Below, piece by piece: positions 1 to 11,713 of a DNA stretch of 64,000 bases (the stretch's first letter is position 1; the number at the start of each line of letters is the position of its first letter). This stretch comes from the human T2T-CHM13v2.0 reference genome, Homo sapiens, in NCBI RefSeq assembly GCF_009914755.1, contig NC_060947.1. One strand, given 5' to 3'. Both the position numbers and the translations under genes were made by a program. The notes below the pieces were generated by a model. That model had not been told where the DNA came from and made no database searches. It was given only the letters and a program-made list of their open reading frames with translations.

Positions 1-99
1 ATGCCTGGCACATAGGGACCCTCAAAAGGTAACTGATGAGTGTAAGGATCTAAGCTAGAAAGGCAGATATGAAAGTGGAGGTAGGATTACTAAGATTAG

Positions 100-340
100 C
101 TACCATTAACTGAATAATAAGTGCTAGACATGTAGTAAGCCCTTTTCATGCATATTATCTCATTTAATCCTCATAACCACCCCATCATTCTCCCCTTTTT
201 TGTAGGTTAGGAAACTGAGGCTCAGAAAAGTTAAGAAACTTATCCAGGTTCACATAGTTAGAAACTGGCAAAATCAGCAGTCAAGCCTAGGTCTGTTTTA
301 ACTATAGAGCTTGAGCTAATAACCTCTAAGGTATACAGCC
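100..340 (-). mobile_element. MIR SINE
   Basis: MIR core ...atctcatttaatcctcataac...ggaaactgaggctcagaaaagttaag... Confidence 0.8.
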
Positions 341-531
341 TCATGGAGAACCATGCTTACGTCTCCATGTGTTTGAGAAACAAGAACATCTCCTTAAATA
401 CCTTCTAATAATAAAGATGGTGGCATTCTCTACAATATCCATGGGAAGAGGTCTTTCTGTTAGCCTTCTATTGCTACAGCTTTTGTCCAATCAGACCCTT
501 GTATACATATTGATCAAATAGAGAGACTTAC

Positions 532-585
532 CGGGAAGCCTGGAGGGCCACTTATGCCTGGAAAACCCTTAGGCCCTGGTTCACC
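532..585 (-). CDS. COL4A6: COL4A6 exon 13 (54 bp, GEPGPKGFPGISGPPGFP)
   Basis: Minus strand: tttccag|GGT GAA CCA ... TTC CCG|gtaagt; six Gly-X-Y triplets matching the recalled human alpha-6(IV) sequence. Confidence 0.97.
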
Positions 586-1922
586 CTGGAAAATCAGCCC
601 AAGGTTAGTAAGTAGCATCAGGAAGCAGTGAACGCACAGTAGGATGGCTCTCCACATGTACTTGGACTGAGGAGTGGGGAACCAATGAAGTATCAAGATT
701 AGGGTAGCAGAGAGTGGTGCAGATTCCCCAGGCTCCCTAACTAGCAGCTGTACCAGGATGTCTTAGTTCATGGAGCTCTTTGCTGTGGGAGAAGGATTAT
801 GGACCATAACTGTCTAAAACAGAATGTCAAATACTGAGGCTAATTGGGAGACAGAAAGGATGATTGTCTGTTTTCTTTCTAGTGGAAGAAGCTGTTCAGT
901 ACAATTTCCTATAGCAAATTAGAGGCAGCAGAGAAATCCATAGTTTTGGGAAAAGGGTAACAATTACAATTTGGATAGGGACACATAACCATCTGATCTG
1001 TCATTCCCTGATATGTGAATTTATCTATACGTGCCATGGAAAAGCTCCCTAAGTTTTGGGAATGATCAAGGAAGCAGACAATCTCTTTCATGTTGCCAGA
1101 CCATTCCCAAATCAACGACTACTTCCTGTAAACCTGGAGGGGCTTGGAGTTGTTACAGCTTCCACGAAGACAAATTTAAAGAAAGGAGACTAAACACATT
1201 TCCCTGCCTAGGCCCCTTGGCTATGGGAACTGAATCACAAAGCTTAAAGGAACCCTGGCAGGAAATGCAAGTTACTGAAAGATATCTGCACACCTTAACA
1301 GTACACGGCCATTCAATTACAACCATGTAGGTAGTATACAGTGACTCACATAAAAATACAGATCGTAAAATATTTCAGTCAAACAGGTCTATAGTGTAAG
1401 CCTTGGTAGTTCAGATCTGGTAAATTAGGGCATCTCTTGTCACCACTTGGTGACAGTATATCCTATTTTCAGGGTCAAGTTTTAAGAGCAAATAACTTCT
1501 TTAAAAAGATAATTCAAGAGCAACCATTCATACCCTATGTGTTCTGTCACAGTACTTTGGGGACACCATAAGTATTGAGAGGTTGGGAGTTAGGAGGAAA
1601 AACACAACTATTTAATGTTTATGTTATTCATCATATCAAAAATTGAATCTGCAACACTAAAACAGAGAAAATAGCGCTTAAATGAATATTCAGATGCCCA
1701 GGCACACTCAAACCTACACACCAAGAAACATACTCAGCCTTTTAAGAAAGCTTTTCATAAGGGGCAAAACAAAGAAGGCTTTTTACTCTCACTTCTAAAC
1801 AAAAATCCATTACCCAGAACCCTCTATTCTTCCAGTATTGTCTGGTTATTAGAGTTAAGTTCTTGTATTATAATTATAGGAAAAGTTTTATTAATTTTTT
1901 CCTATTCTTAAATGTTCACTAC

Positions 1923-2015
1923 CTTGGATCCTTTCTTCCCTTTGGGGAATCCCATGAATTCCAGCTCTCCAGTAGATGGTGGAGGTCCTGCTGGGCCAGG
2001 GAGGCCAACATCCCC
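1923..2015 (-). CDS. COL4A6: COL4A6 exon 12 (93 bp, GDVGLPGPAGPPPSTGELEFMGFPKGKKGSK), includes a Gly-X-Y interruption
   Basis: cttacag|GGG GAT GTT ... TCC AAG|gtagtg; in frame with neighbouring exons. Confidence 0.96.
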
Positions 2016-2517
2016 CTGTAAGATCAAATGGAACATTAAGCAAAGTGACAATCACACCGACCGTTTTTCCAGAGTGGGGGTTTGTCCTCTGGATGTAACT
2101 CACAAATAAACTGTCTCTTACTTTGGCCTCTTCACCCTCATGCCAATGAGGAAACAAAACTCTCACTGCCAAAGGGTGAGAAGAATTATAAGCCCGACCA
2201 GTGAATTTTGTACCAGCACTGCAGAGGGAAGAGCAAGATGGATAGAAGGAAACTTTAAGTTCATGGTTGCTATGAAAGGATGTTTAGAAGAGATTAAAAA
2301 AGGAATCAGAACGAGGTGAATGGCTACCTCTTGGCAACAATGATCCAACTCTAAGTGGTCTAATCCTTGCAAAGAGCACAATCAGAGGCAATGATGTTCA
2401 TGTTAGAACATTGGAGGCAAGAGTTGTTCCTTCAGAAGGCAGTGCAATTGTAACAGAAGGGTGGGAATGGCAAGTTCTCAGCCTCGCTTGAGGCTCTGAA
2501 ATCACAATGCAATTTGT

Positions 2518-2708
2518 AAAGAGAGAAATGAGAGAAGGAGGGAAAGAAAAGAGAATGGTGAAAGAGAGGTTAAAGAAGAGAGATAGAGGAGAGAGAGAGA
2601 GATACAGAGAGAGAGGAGGACAAAAAGGAAAAGGAGGAGGAAGTGGAGGAGGGGGAGGAGGAGAAAGGGTAGAGAGAAGAGGGGAAGCAGAGACAAGGAA
2701 AGAGAAGG
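2518..2708. repeat. GA-rich polypurine low-complexity tract (intron 11)
   Basis: About 190 bp that is almost entirely A/G on the + strand. Confidence 0.9.
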
Positions 2709-3041
2709 CAACAGAATACACAAAACACCAAGGAAAGACCCAGATGGAAGGAAGAGAAATAATCTATTTCAAGGGAATATGTTTGTAAGACATACACCTT
2801 TCACAGGTAGGAAGCAGGGAAATAACAATATTTTGAAGGGAAAAGAACCACAATAGCCCATGTGTGGCATGTACACATGTAGCCCTCAAGAGATCCCACC
2901 AGAGGATCTATGTGGGTTGGGAAATATTCATTTCCCAAGGCGAAAAAACAAATCCTCTTACACAAGCAGGCACATGTGTGTAATCAGACACATTTCTTGC
3001 AGCATATGGAATGCAGACTGTATTTTTTAAAAGCTGTTTAC

Positions 3042-3083
3042 CTTGACTCCTTTCTCTCCTTGAAAACCTAGCCCCATATTCCC
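3042..3083 (-). CDS. COL4A6: COL4A6 exon 11 (42 bp, GNMGLGFQGEKGVK)
   Basis: ttccctag|GGG AAT ATG ... GTC AAG|gtaaac. Confidence 0.96.
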
Positions 3084-3262
3084 CTAGGGAATAGGGATAT
3101 AGGGAGGAAAAACAAAATCGATTACTAAATAAGCTCTGGGAACTTAAATTGGAATGCAATCTTTTTTACCAGAAAGTAGGGTTAACCAAACCAGTATCTC
3201 TCTGGGAAATCCAGAGTACTTAGGAGTAGGAAGCAAAATGCCCTAAGACAAAGTATACTTAC

Positions 3263-3298
3263 ATCAGGACCAAGAGGACCAGGAGGCCCTGGAGGACC
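3263..3298 (-). CDS. COL4A6: COL4A6 exon 10 (36 bp, GPPGPPGPLGPD)
   Basis: tctag|GGT CCT CCA ... CCT GAT|gtaagt. Confidence 0.96.
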
Positions 3299-4120
3299 CT
3301 AGATTTTTTTTAAAAATAAGAAAGAGTTAGCACTTGTTAGTTTCAGTCAAAAAGAACACGGCATGTTGAGAGTCACTCCCCAGTAACTCAGCCATCTTTC
3401 CTGCTTTGGCATAGTAGATTCTAGCTGTCTTTCCTATGGTTCCCTTTTATCTCCTTTGAAATCCCCCAAATTGACCTGGTAATCACATTAATGCTAAGGT
3501 AGTGAAGACTTCATGTGTCATTCCTCCCAACAGGCCAGAAATTTTAAAATGATGACCTTTGGTGAAGCTAAGCCAAAGTACTGAGTAATGGGATTTCTTG
3601 CACTGGAGAGAACAATCTGGGGACACAGCTTTCCCAGAACCACATAGATGACTGGCTATGCTTTTCCTCTACCAGTGATGATAAACAGGTTTTGTGTCAG
3701 AAAAATGGGTAGGTAGGTAGAGCTGCCCAAGATGCAGTGTTAGGAAGGAATTTGAAGCTTCTTCAGTATTCAGGGTGGGTGATAGTGATGGTGGTATGAT
3801 TAATTAGCAATACCTGTCATGGGTGAGGAAATGGAAGGTGGCAAGAAATGTGTCAGGGATCTGCCATCCCTGGGCTATACTTTAGGTTGAGCTAGGGTGG
3901 GAGGCTTTAGAGGCACAGATTGGATGGTCAGATAGACTCTGATAAATAACTCCAATAGCTCCTCGCAAGAGCATGCTTTACTTTAACCCTCCAAGAATGG
4001 AGGTTGCCCTTGCTCACCCAGGAGGACCTAAATTACACAGGTTTACATTGAATCCATAGTATGTAGGGAAAACAACCATGTGAACACTGTGATCACAAAC
4101 TAGGCTTAAATTGATCTTAC

Positions 4121-4183
4121 TTGTAATCCTGGTGGTCCTGCAGGTCCTACAGCTCCAGGAAATCCGGGTGCTCCTTGTGGGCC
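4121..4183 (-). CDS. COL4A6: COL4A6 exon 9 (63 bp, GPQGAPGFPGAVGPAGPPGLQ)
   Basis: ctctctag|GGC CCA CAA ... TTA CAA|gtaaga. Confidence 0.97.
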
Positions 4184-4839
4184 CTAGAGAGGCAAGTTTT
4201 TACCAAGTTCAAAAAGCAAGGCAGTTTTCCAAGAAAAATGAAAATATGTATGTCCACGAGAACTGTACAAGAATGTTCATAGCAACTTTATTCATAATAG
4301 TCAAAAATTGGAAATGTTCCAGTTGTCCAATGATACAAGGATAAACTCTGATAGATTCAAACAGTGGAATAAATGCCTACAATAAGAAGTAGCAAACTAC
4401 TGATATATGAAACAATGTGGATTAATCTCAAAATCACTGTGTTAAGTGAAAAGCCAGACCCAAAAGGCTAGAGGTTATATCATTCCCTTTACATGAAGTT
4501 CTAGGACTGGCATAAAGGAGAAAAATCAGGATTGTGGTTGCCTTTGGGGTGAATTGGGGCAGAGATTGACAGGGAATGAGCAGGAGGGAACTTTCTGAGG
4601 TGATAGTAATGTTCTATACCTGAATAGAGGTTTGGATTACATACAAGTATGCATTTGTCAAAACTCAGCAAACATACACTTAAGAGTTAGGTGTTTCATT
4701 GTATGTAAATTTTATATAAAAAGAAAGAACTGCAAACAAATATTGAAGTCTAATTAAAGATAGGCATGCTATAGGATTTAGGAGTAACTGAACTCTTGTC
4801 TACTATTTACTTTGACATTCATTAAAAATAGGATGGATT

Positions 4840-5099
4840 AAACACCGCATGTTCACACTTATAAGTGGGAGCTGAACAATGAGAATGCATGGACACAGGG
4901 AGGGGAACAACACACATTGGGGCCTGTCGGGGGGTGGGGTAGGGGAAGGGAGAGCATCAGGAAAAATAGCTAATGCATGCTGGGATTAAAACCTAGGTGA
5001 CAGGTTGATAGGTGCAGCAAACCACCATGGCACACGTTGTTTACCTATGTAACAAACCTACACGTCCTGTGCATGTACCCCAGAACTTAAAATAAAAAT
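4840..5099 (+). mobile_element. 5'-truncated L1PA (about L1PA10-13) 3' end with 18-bp TSD
   Basis: cacttataagtgggagctgaacaatgag...gtaccccagaacttaaaataaa; TSD ttaaaaataggatggatt at 4822-4839 and 5100-5117. Confidence 0.92.
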
Positions 5100-5169
5100 T
5101 TAAAAATAGGATGGATTGATGGACAGAGAGAGGGATGGATAGATAGATAGAAGGAGGATAAAGCAAGTA

Positions 5170-5506
5170 CAGTTGGCCCTCTGTATCTGTGGGTTCCACA
5201 TCTGTGGATTCAACCAACTGATTGAAATTTTTTTTTTATAAAAGGATGGTTGCATCTGTATGGAACATACGCAAATTCTTTTTTGTTACTATTCCCTAAA
5301 CAATACAGTGTAACAACTTTTTACATAGTATTTACATTGTATTAGGTATTATAAGTGACTTAGAGATTATTAAAAGTATAGGGGAGGATGTGTATAGGTT
5401 ACAGGCAAATATGACACCATTTTATACGAGGGATTTGTGCATTCATGGATTTGGGTATCCATGAGAGGTCCTGAATCCAATCTCCCATGGATACCAAGGG
5501 ATGATG
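5170..5506 (-). mobile_element. MER2 (Tigger-derived Tc1/mariner MITE)
   Basis: TIRs cagttggccctctgtatc ... gataccaagggatgatg, flanked by TA on both sides. Confidence 0.88.
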
Positions 5507-5614
5507 TATAGTAAAATATTAATGGTATGTGTGTTCATTGCAAAATTCACTCTACTTTGCTCTATATTTGAAATTTTTCCTATTAGAATGTTATAAAAAA
5601 ACAAAAAATTTTTT

Positions 5615-6250
5615 AAAAAAGCAAAAGTTATATTAATATCAGATAAGGTAGACTTCGAGACAAATAATATTATCAGAGATAAAGAAGGACATTTCAAAAT
5701 GATAAAATAGGTCAATTTATCAAGAAGACATAACAATCTTAGATGCCTATGCACATAATAGCAGAGCTTCAAATTACATGAAGCAAAAACTAACAGAACT
5801 TCAAGTAGAAACAGTCAAATCTGCAATTACAGTTGGACATCTTAACATCCCTCCTTCCATAATGAACAGAAACACTAGACAAAAATATCAGTCAGGAAGG
5901 ACATAGAAGATCCAAACAATAATATCCATTACCTTGACCTAATGGATATTTTTAATATCATTATACCCAGCAACAGCTGAATACATATTCTGTTCAAGTG
6001 CATATGGAATATTCACCAAGATAGACTGTATGCTGGACCATAAAATAAACCTTGACAAATTTAAAAGAACTGAAATAACACAGTGTTCACTGTAATTACA
6101 ATAAAATCAAACTAGAAATCCATAATAGAAAGATAGCTGGAAAGTTACTAAATATTTGGACACGAAGCAACACACTTCTAAATATTCCATGGGTCAAAGA
6201 AAAAATCATAAGGGAACTTAGAAAATTTTTGAATCAAATAACAACAATGT
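5615..6250 (+). mobile_element. Old L1 ORF2 endonuclease-region fragment (degenerate)
   Basis: atatcagataaggtagacttc...gaaggacatttc..atgataaa; gttggacatcttaacatccc; tgcatatggaatattcaccaagatagac..atgctggacc; multiple stops. Confidence 0.85.
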
Positions 6251-7571
6251 TAAACATAAGACAGTGAAATCACAAGAGAAAAATGGTCTGGTGAAATGCA
6301 AGGGTCCATTTCCAATTGTGGAGCAGGAATAACTTGACATGGGCCTGGATAAGGGGCGGAGAGGGTAAGAAAGGTTGGAACTCAGACAGGAGGAAGAGAA
6401 AGGAGGGGTTCAAAGGGCCTCCAGAAATAAATGATAGTCTGAACATTGTTTTGAAAATAACTAGCCACCTGTGATCACCTTGCTGATCACAAATATCTTA
6501 GCCACCAAATGCCCTCTCCCCAAATTGAAGCAGTTTGTATATCATGCCTGTGTATGTGGACAAACATTGAGCCTTTGTGGGCAGGAAAACAAGTACCTAA
6601 GAGAAGCTATGCAGCAAGTACAGTGGATGTTGTTCTGTAAATTTAATGAATACACTATCTAAGCCAATTGTTTTGCCCTAGGGAATATGTATGGCCTTGG
6701 TCCTTATTCATCTCTGTTTTTGTGTGTGCTTGCACACATCCCATTTTTTTGCCTACTTTTTCTCATGAAACTCCGTAACTCTCTATTTAGAAAGTCTCCT
6801 CCCACTGCCAGCTAAACACCATTCACACTTCTCACAAGCTACCTTCTGTCTCTTAGACATAAAGACTCACATGACATATCCTTAAGTGAATGGCATCTCT
6901 TCCTCTAAGTTGCTGTGGAATTCTTATGCCACATTCCTACTAGTTTTTCCCACCCTTGGGGGCAGGGACTGTGTCTACATTGTCTCAGAGATTACTGAAA
7001 AAAGATAGAGCGAAGAAAGAAAGAGTGAATACAGGAAAGGGAAAGAAAGAAGAGGAAAGAAAGGTTTTTTTCTTAAGCTGTTTCAAAAAAAAAGTGACGA
7101 CAATGTGGAATCTCAAAGAAAAATAATGCTCTTATTAACATAACTCACAGCCTTACATGGACTCACCATTATCAAGAGTCCCTAAAAGGAATTTCTGTGT
7201 GGAATACCTTTTAAAGCAATGTGCTCTACTTCTTTTGATTTACTCACAGCACTCGACAAACAGAAAACATTTAGTAAGTGCTTGCTGAAGGAAAGGCAAA
7301 ATACATTCCTAGGGGAAAGTACATCCCAGTGAATACATGTCTCTGGCCTAAAGTCTGAAAGCCTGCTTGTCATGCAACTTGACAGTGGACAGTTCATCCT
7401 CTCAGTGCTTTCTCATTTGGAAAATGTCAATACTGTGACCCATTCTACTTCAACTGTCTAGATTTTCCTTGAGGTCTACAAAGACCTTAGAACATCATAG
7501 AGAAGAACGAAAATGCACCATTAGTGATTTTTAGTCAACACTGAGAGCTCAACACATAAATAACAACTTAC

Positions 7572-7607
7572 AGTGATTCCATCCAGTCCAGGCAGCCCAG
7601 GATCCCC
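7572..7607 (-). CDS. COL4A6: COL4A6 exon 8 (36 bp, GDPGLPGLDGIT)
   Basis: tttctcag|GGG GAT CCT ... ATC ACT|gtaagt. Confidence 0.96.
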
Positions 7608-9274
7608 CTGAGAAACAAAGGCAGGACACTGAAGAGTTTAATAAATTAAGCCTGCAATATTTCAGATAACTAACCTAACATTTATAGGGACAAAAACACA
7701 TCTCTGAACCTTGGGCCTCCTCTGTCAAAGTCTTGTGTTTTAAATAATGTATGAATTGGACATATTCGACTGTTTAGATTGTTTATTTTTTCTGTAAGAA
7801 AAATCTGGACTGTAGAAGACACATATTATAGCCTTGGCTGAACAGGATTTCACATTTTACTTGGATTAATTAATTTTCACCTTTGCTAGGTACTTATCAA
7901 TTAGAAACTACTTCTGTGGGCTAGTGATTTTCCTACTCCTTTTGGAGGAAAGCAAAGCTACCTTCCTGTGTGCCTTCATCCCCAAAGATTCTGTGCCCAC
8001 ATGTATACGATGCAAATCGGTCATTTCAAGGGAAAATCAACAGAGCATACACTCTCTGATTATGTTTTAATTACTTTGCTGCATGTTTAGTTACTGCATG
8101 AATCAGTAATATAACCATCTTGTGAAAATTGTTGTGTTCCACTGGATCCAGGGTCTCTTTGATATTTGGCAAAGCCATTTAATCAATGTTTTCTAAGACA
8201 ATGACCAAATTTTGACACCTGCTAGTCTTACTCCACTTGGCTTACAGTAAAAAATCAGCTCTCTGTAGCATGGAAAGAGCACTGCCTGAGTTTTAGCTCT
8301 TTAGTGAACTGGCTTTGAGCAAGTCACATAGCCTCAGTACACCTCAGTTTTTCTATCTGTAAAATGAGCAATACGAGTCCAAGAATCATGAGGTCCTTTC
8401 CAACTCAAACATTCTATCTTCTACTATGGCATCTATAGTTAGAAGCCCATACCCTAAATCTTGTCCGGCTCTCCAGCCACCCACCCCCATCACTGCCTTC
8501 CAAAGTGATTTCCAATGTTCCAGGCTCTATGCACTAATGGAAGACAGAAAAGTGCCATCAATTAGCTGAGTGAACTTGGTGCATCTTCTCCTCAGATGTT
8601 GGGCACATACATTCTCATTTGCTACCAGGGAAATGATGGACTCCTGCCCCACTCTGCAAGGGAATAGGGCCAATCATTTGGAGCCAGGGTTTACTTAGGC
8701 CCCGCAGGATATCAGGCAACACAGTCACAAGAACACAGAAGGTTCTTGTCAATTCTGGAAAGAGATGAAAGATTCCAGCCAGCCTCAGGGCTGATGGGCA
8801 ATTTTTGCAGACATCCAGGGGCCCAGCTAGGGTGATGGGTTGGTGTGTAGTGACAGAGAAGGGCAGAACCAGGATCTTTGGCTAAAGGCCATGTTGAGAT
8901 GGGCAGAGACATACATGGCTTCAAACCAAGGAATACAGACAACAAGGATTCTGGAGTAGATAAAAGGTATCTGCCTCCGGGAAATGTCTTGGTTTGTGAA
9001 AGAAAATGATACCCATGCAAACTGTTTGTTTGCTGATCTGTCTCCTATTTTTGGTCTAGATCCTGCAGAGCAAATCTCTTTGACAGTATAGTTGCAAACA
9101 TTTATGTCAATGTTTCCACCACAAAAAGCTCCAGATTCTTTTGAATCCAGCTTGGTCTGCTCCTTAAATAGAGACACAGATGCTAGTTCTGGAAATGTTT
9201 TCACTGGAGGTGGGGCCCAATGCTGGGGAACCCAGCTTATAGCCTACTCAGCTATCTGACTTACAGGTTCTTAC

Positions 9275-9343
9275 CTTCATTCCTTTGAAACTACCTGGAG
9301 CAAGGACAGGGTCACCTTTTGATCCTTTCTGACCAGGAAGCCC
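9275..9343 (-). CDS. COL4A6: COL4A6 exon 7 (69 bp, GLPGQKGSKGDPVLAPGSFKGMK), includes a helix interruption
   Basis: tttactcag|GGG CTT CCT ... ATG AAG|gtaaga. Confidence 0.96.
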
Positions 9344-9718
9344 CTGAGTAAAATAGTTTAAAAAATTGAAGAAATACACACACTTATAGTCTTTTTAATT
9401 GCATTATCTGATCAGATAGAGGATGGGACAGCAAGAGCCTGAAACCATGTGGCTTTTTCTATGGCAAAATTGGCTGTACTAAGGGGCAAAACACATTCCT
9501 TGACCGGGTGCTCTGATTCAGAGCTATATGCCCTCCCAATCCCCAAGCCAGAAGTCTGTAAAGGGAAAGGGTTTGAATGGGTCTGAAATGTGTTAAAGTC
9601 AGATACTTTACATCTATTCAGAGTACTGGTCTGAACAACCACAAATAACTCATGTAATGGAGAGTTCGCTGCTTCACCCCTCACAGGTATAGGTCACTGA
9701 CAGAACCTTTGTCTAGGA

Positions 9719-9892
9719 CAGAGGTTAGTAAAATTTTATGAAAAGAACCAGATAGTAAATAATTTAGGCCTTTTGGGTCATATCTAAACTCTGTTTTATA
9801 CTCTTCTTCTTTCTTTCTTTTTATTTTATTATTTAAAAAAAAAAAAACAGGCCACAAGCCAAAGGCCATGTGGTCCAGTTTGTAGACCTCTG
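9719..9892. mobile_element. MER58A-like hAT-Charlie MITE
   Basis: cagaggttagtaaa...tttgtagacctctg termini; degenerate 8-bp TSD gtctagga/gtctaaaa. Confidence 0.7.
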
Positions 9893-11130
9893 GTCTAAAA
9901 GATATCTACAAAACTACCTTCATCCTGTACTTCTACCACACAACTTCAGATTCAAAGTCTGTCTAAGAGGCTGGTGTATCTCACTGCTAACATGAAAAAT
10001 GGTTCAAAGTACACAATTCCAATCTTTCAACTAGATTTTTTGCTGTCTTACTGGCAGATGCTGGCTAATATCTGTTAGAGTTTGTACACCTGGGGATAAT
10101 CAACGTCCCTACACCTAAGGGGAAGTCAGGATTAGTATTTGGGGTAGGGCTAAGCTTTGTGGACTGAAGCATTTATTGAATGATTGATTCCTTCAGCACA
10201 GGGATTATTGGTATCATAAAACAACAACGTGATCCCAGGAGCAGAAACCGTTTTTTTTTTCTCACTTTTTTTCCTAACACTGCCTGTTTCACTTTATTCT
10301 TGTGGCCACTACTGTCTTGAAAGAAGCTTCAAAAAAGCCAACTGAATGATCTGTTTGGTATTCAGCAAAGGATACATCTCCACTTAGTAAAATACATGCC
10401 CAAGTTCCTATTTAGGCTTGAGGTTAAGTTAAGAGACAGAACTAGGTTTTTTCCTTTGTCCTTTGTCAATGGGTATTTATTACCTCAACATTTATTTTCT
10501 CCTTTTAGGGGGTAGCATGTCCTTGCTTTGCTGGATTTTCATGGAAATGTTTTGTTCTATACCTGGTTGCCATGGCAATCTTTGGAGAACTTTGTAACCC
10601 ACTTATCTCATCCTATGTTAGCAATACATCTTTCCTTACCTCCCCACCCCCCGGCATATTGATTTGGTCCTTAGGTGTCAAAGTCCTATATGCCAATCTG
10701 GGGCTTGTGCTTTGTCCATCTATCTCATTTTCTCACACATATACCCACACCCCAACCTGGTCACTGAAGGTGGTGGTGCTGCTCTTCCAATGAAGTGTCA
10801 ATTAATTCATGTAGCTATAAAACATGTCTAATGAATGGAGTGATTTCTAGTTAAATATCTCAGATCAGTGCCCTCATGAGTTTAGATTATTTCAAGGGAG
10901 GTTGACAATGAGTCTGAAATGTGTTATTTTACTCTTTCCAGCCACTTGTAAAATCAGCCTGGAAGGGCATTGTATTTACTAGAGATCCCTTAGATCAAAA
11001 TATCTGAGCCCTATCTGGATGAATGGAATTAAATAAAAGTGGTGACACTGGAATCCAATAAATACCTTATCAATACCATAACCAAGGGTTATGATGTGGG
11101 AGTGTAGCCACAAACTCTGTTACTATAGAG

Positions 11131-11304
11131 TAGGGTTTCTCAACCTCAGCATTATTGACACTTTGAGCCAAATGATTTCTAGATGTTGGGGAGGGGGCTG
11201 TCTTGTGCCAGTAGCACACCACCAATTGTGAGACCTCAAAATATCAATAGTAATTGCCAAATGTCCCCTGAGTGGCAAAAATCACCTCTGGTTAAAAACC
11301 ACTG
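11131..11304. mobile_element. MER20 hAT-Charlie MITE (internally deleted)
   Basis: gtttctcaacctcagcattattgaca ... tgccaaatgtcccctg ... ggttaaaaaccactg; TSD ctatagag/gtatagac. Confidence 0.8.
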
Positions 11305-11713
11305 GTATAGACCAAGCTTGCAAGCCCCTTTGGGTTTTGGTTAGTGCTTCCATGATCCCATATAAGTCTTCCAAACATTCCTCAATATTGTCTGATGTGG
11401 GACCATGTCAAATAGCCCAAGTGTGTATTTTGCCATGAAATTTACTACAGCCTTTTAACAATCTTGCCAATTTCACAAGCTGCATTAAAAAAAAGGCAAC
11501 CCTAAGCAGTGTAGCATGTGCACACCCCACTGCAACTGGTATTCTTCTTTAGACTTTTACTGTTGTGGTGCTGCCAGTATTGACTCCTACATTGGACAAG
11601 GGTGTGTAGTGGCTGCCCCACAAAATCTTGAGGTTTCCAGAGAGGCAGAAAAAGGGCACACGTAGAGACAAGCAAAGCCATTTGAAATAAAATGCAAATA
11701 TCTGGCAGCATAC

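Larger units (their letters stand above)
4229..5610 (+). mobile_element. Old L1 3' end (L1ME1/ME2-like), interrupted by L1PA and MER2
   Basis: gaatgttcatagcaactttattcataatag (ORF2 end) and L1ME-type 3'UTR ...ggatggatagatag...aaagcaagta / tagtaaaatattaatgg... Confidence 0.75.

Noticed and set aside
1438-1455. Palindrome tgtcacca-ct-tggtgaca
   Set aside because: An 8-bp stem is within chance expectation for a window this size.
2398-2797. Overlapping low-complexity ORFs
   Set aside because: Products of the stop-poor polypurine tract.
4012-4030. GGTCCTCCTGG (GPPG-like) followed by a GTGAGC donor in intron 9
   Set aside because: As an exon it would be 10 nt, or a 103-nt extension of exon 9, both frameshifting; the match is too short to call a collagen exon relic.
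10407-10416. CArG box CCTATTTAGG (also CCTTATAAGG at 40976-40985)
   Set aside because: Several CC(A/T)6GG matches are expected by chance in 64 kb of AT-rich DNA, and the second lies inside an MLT1A LTR.
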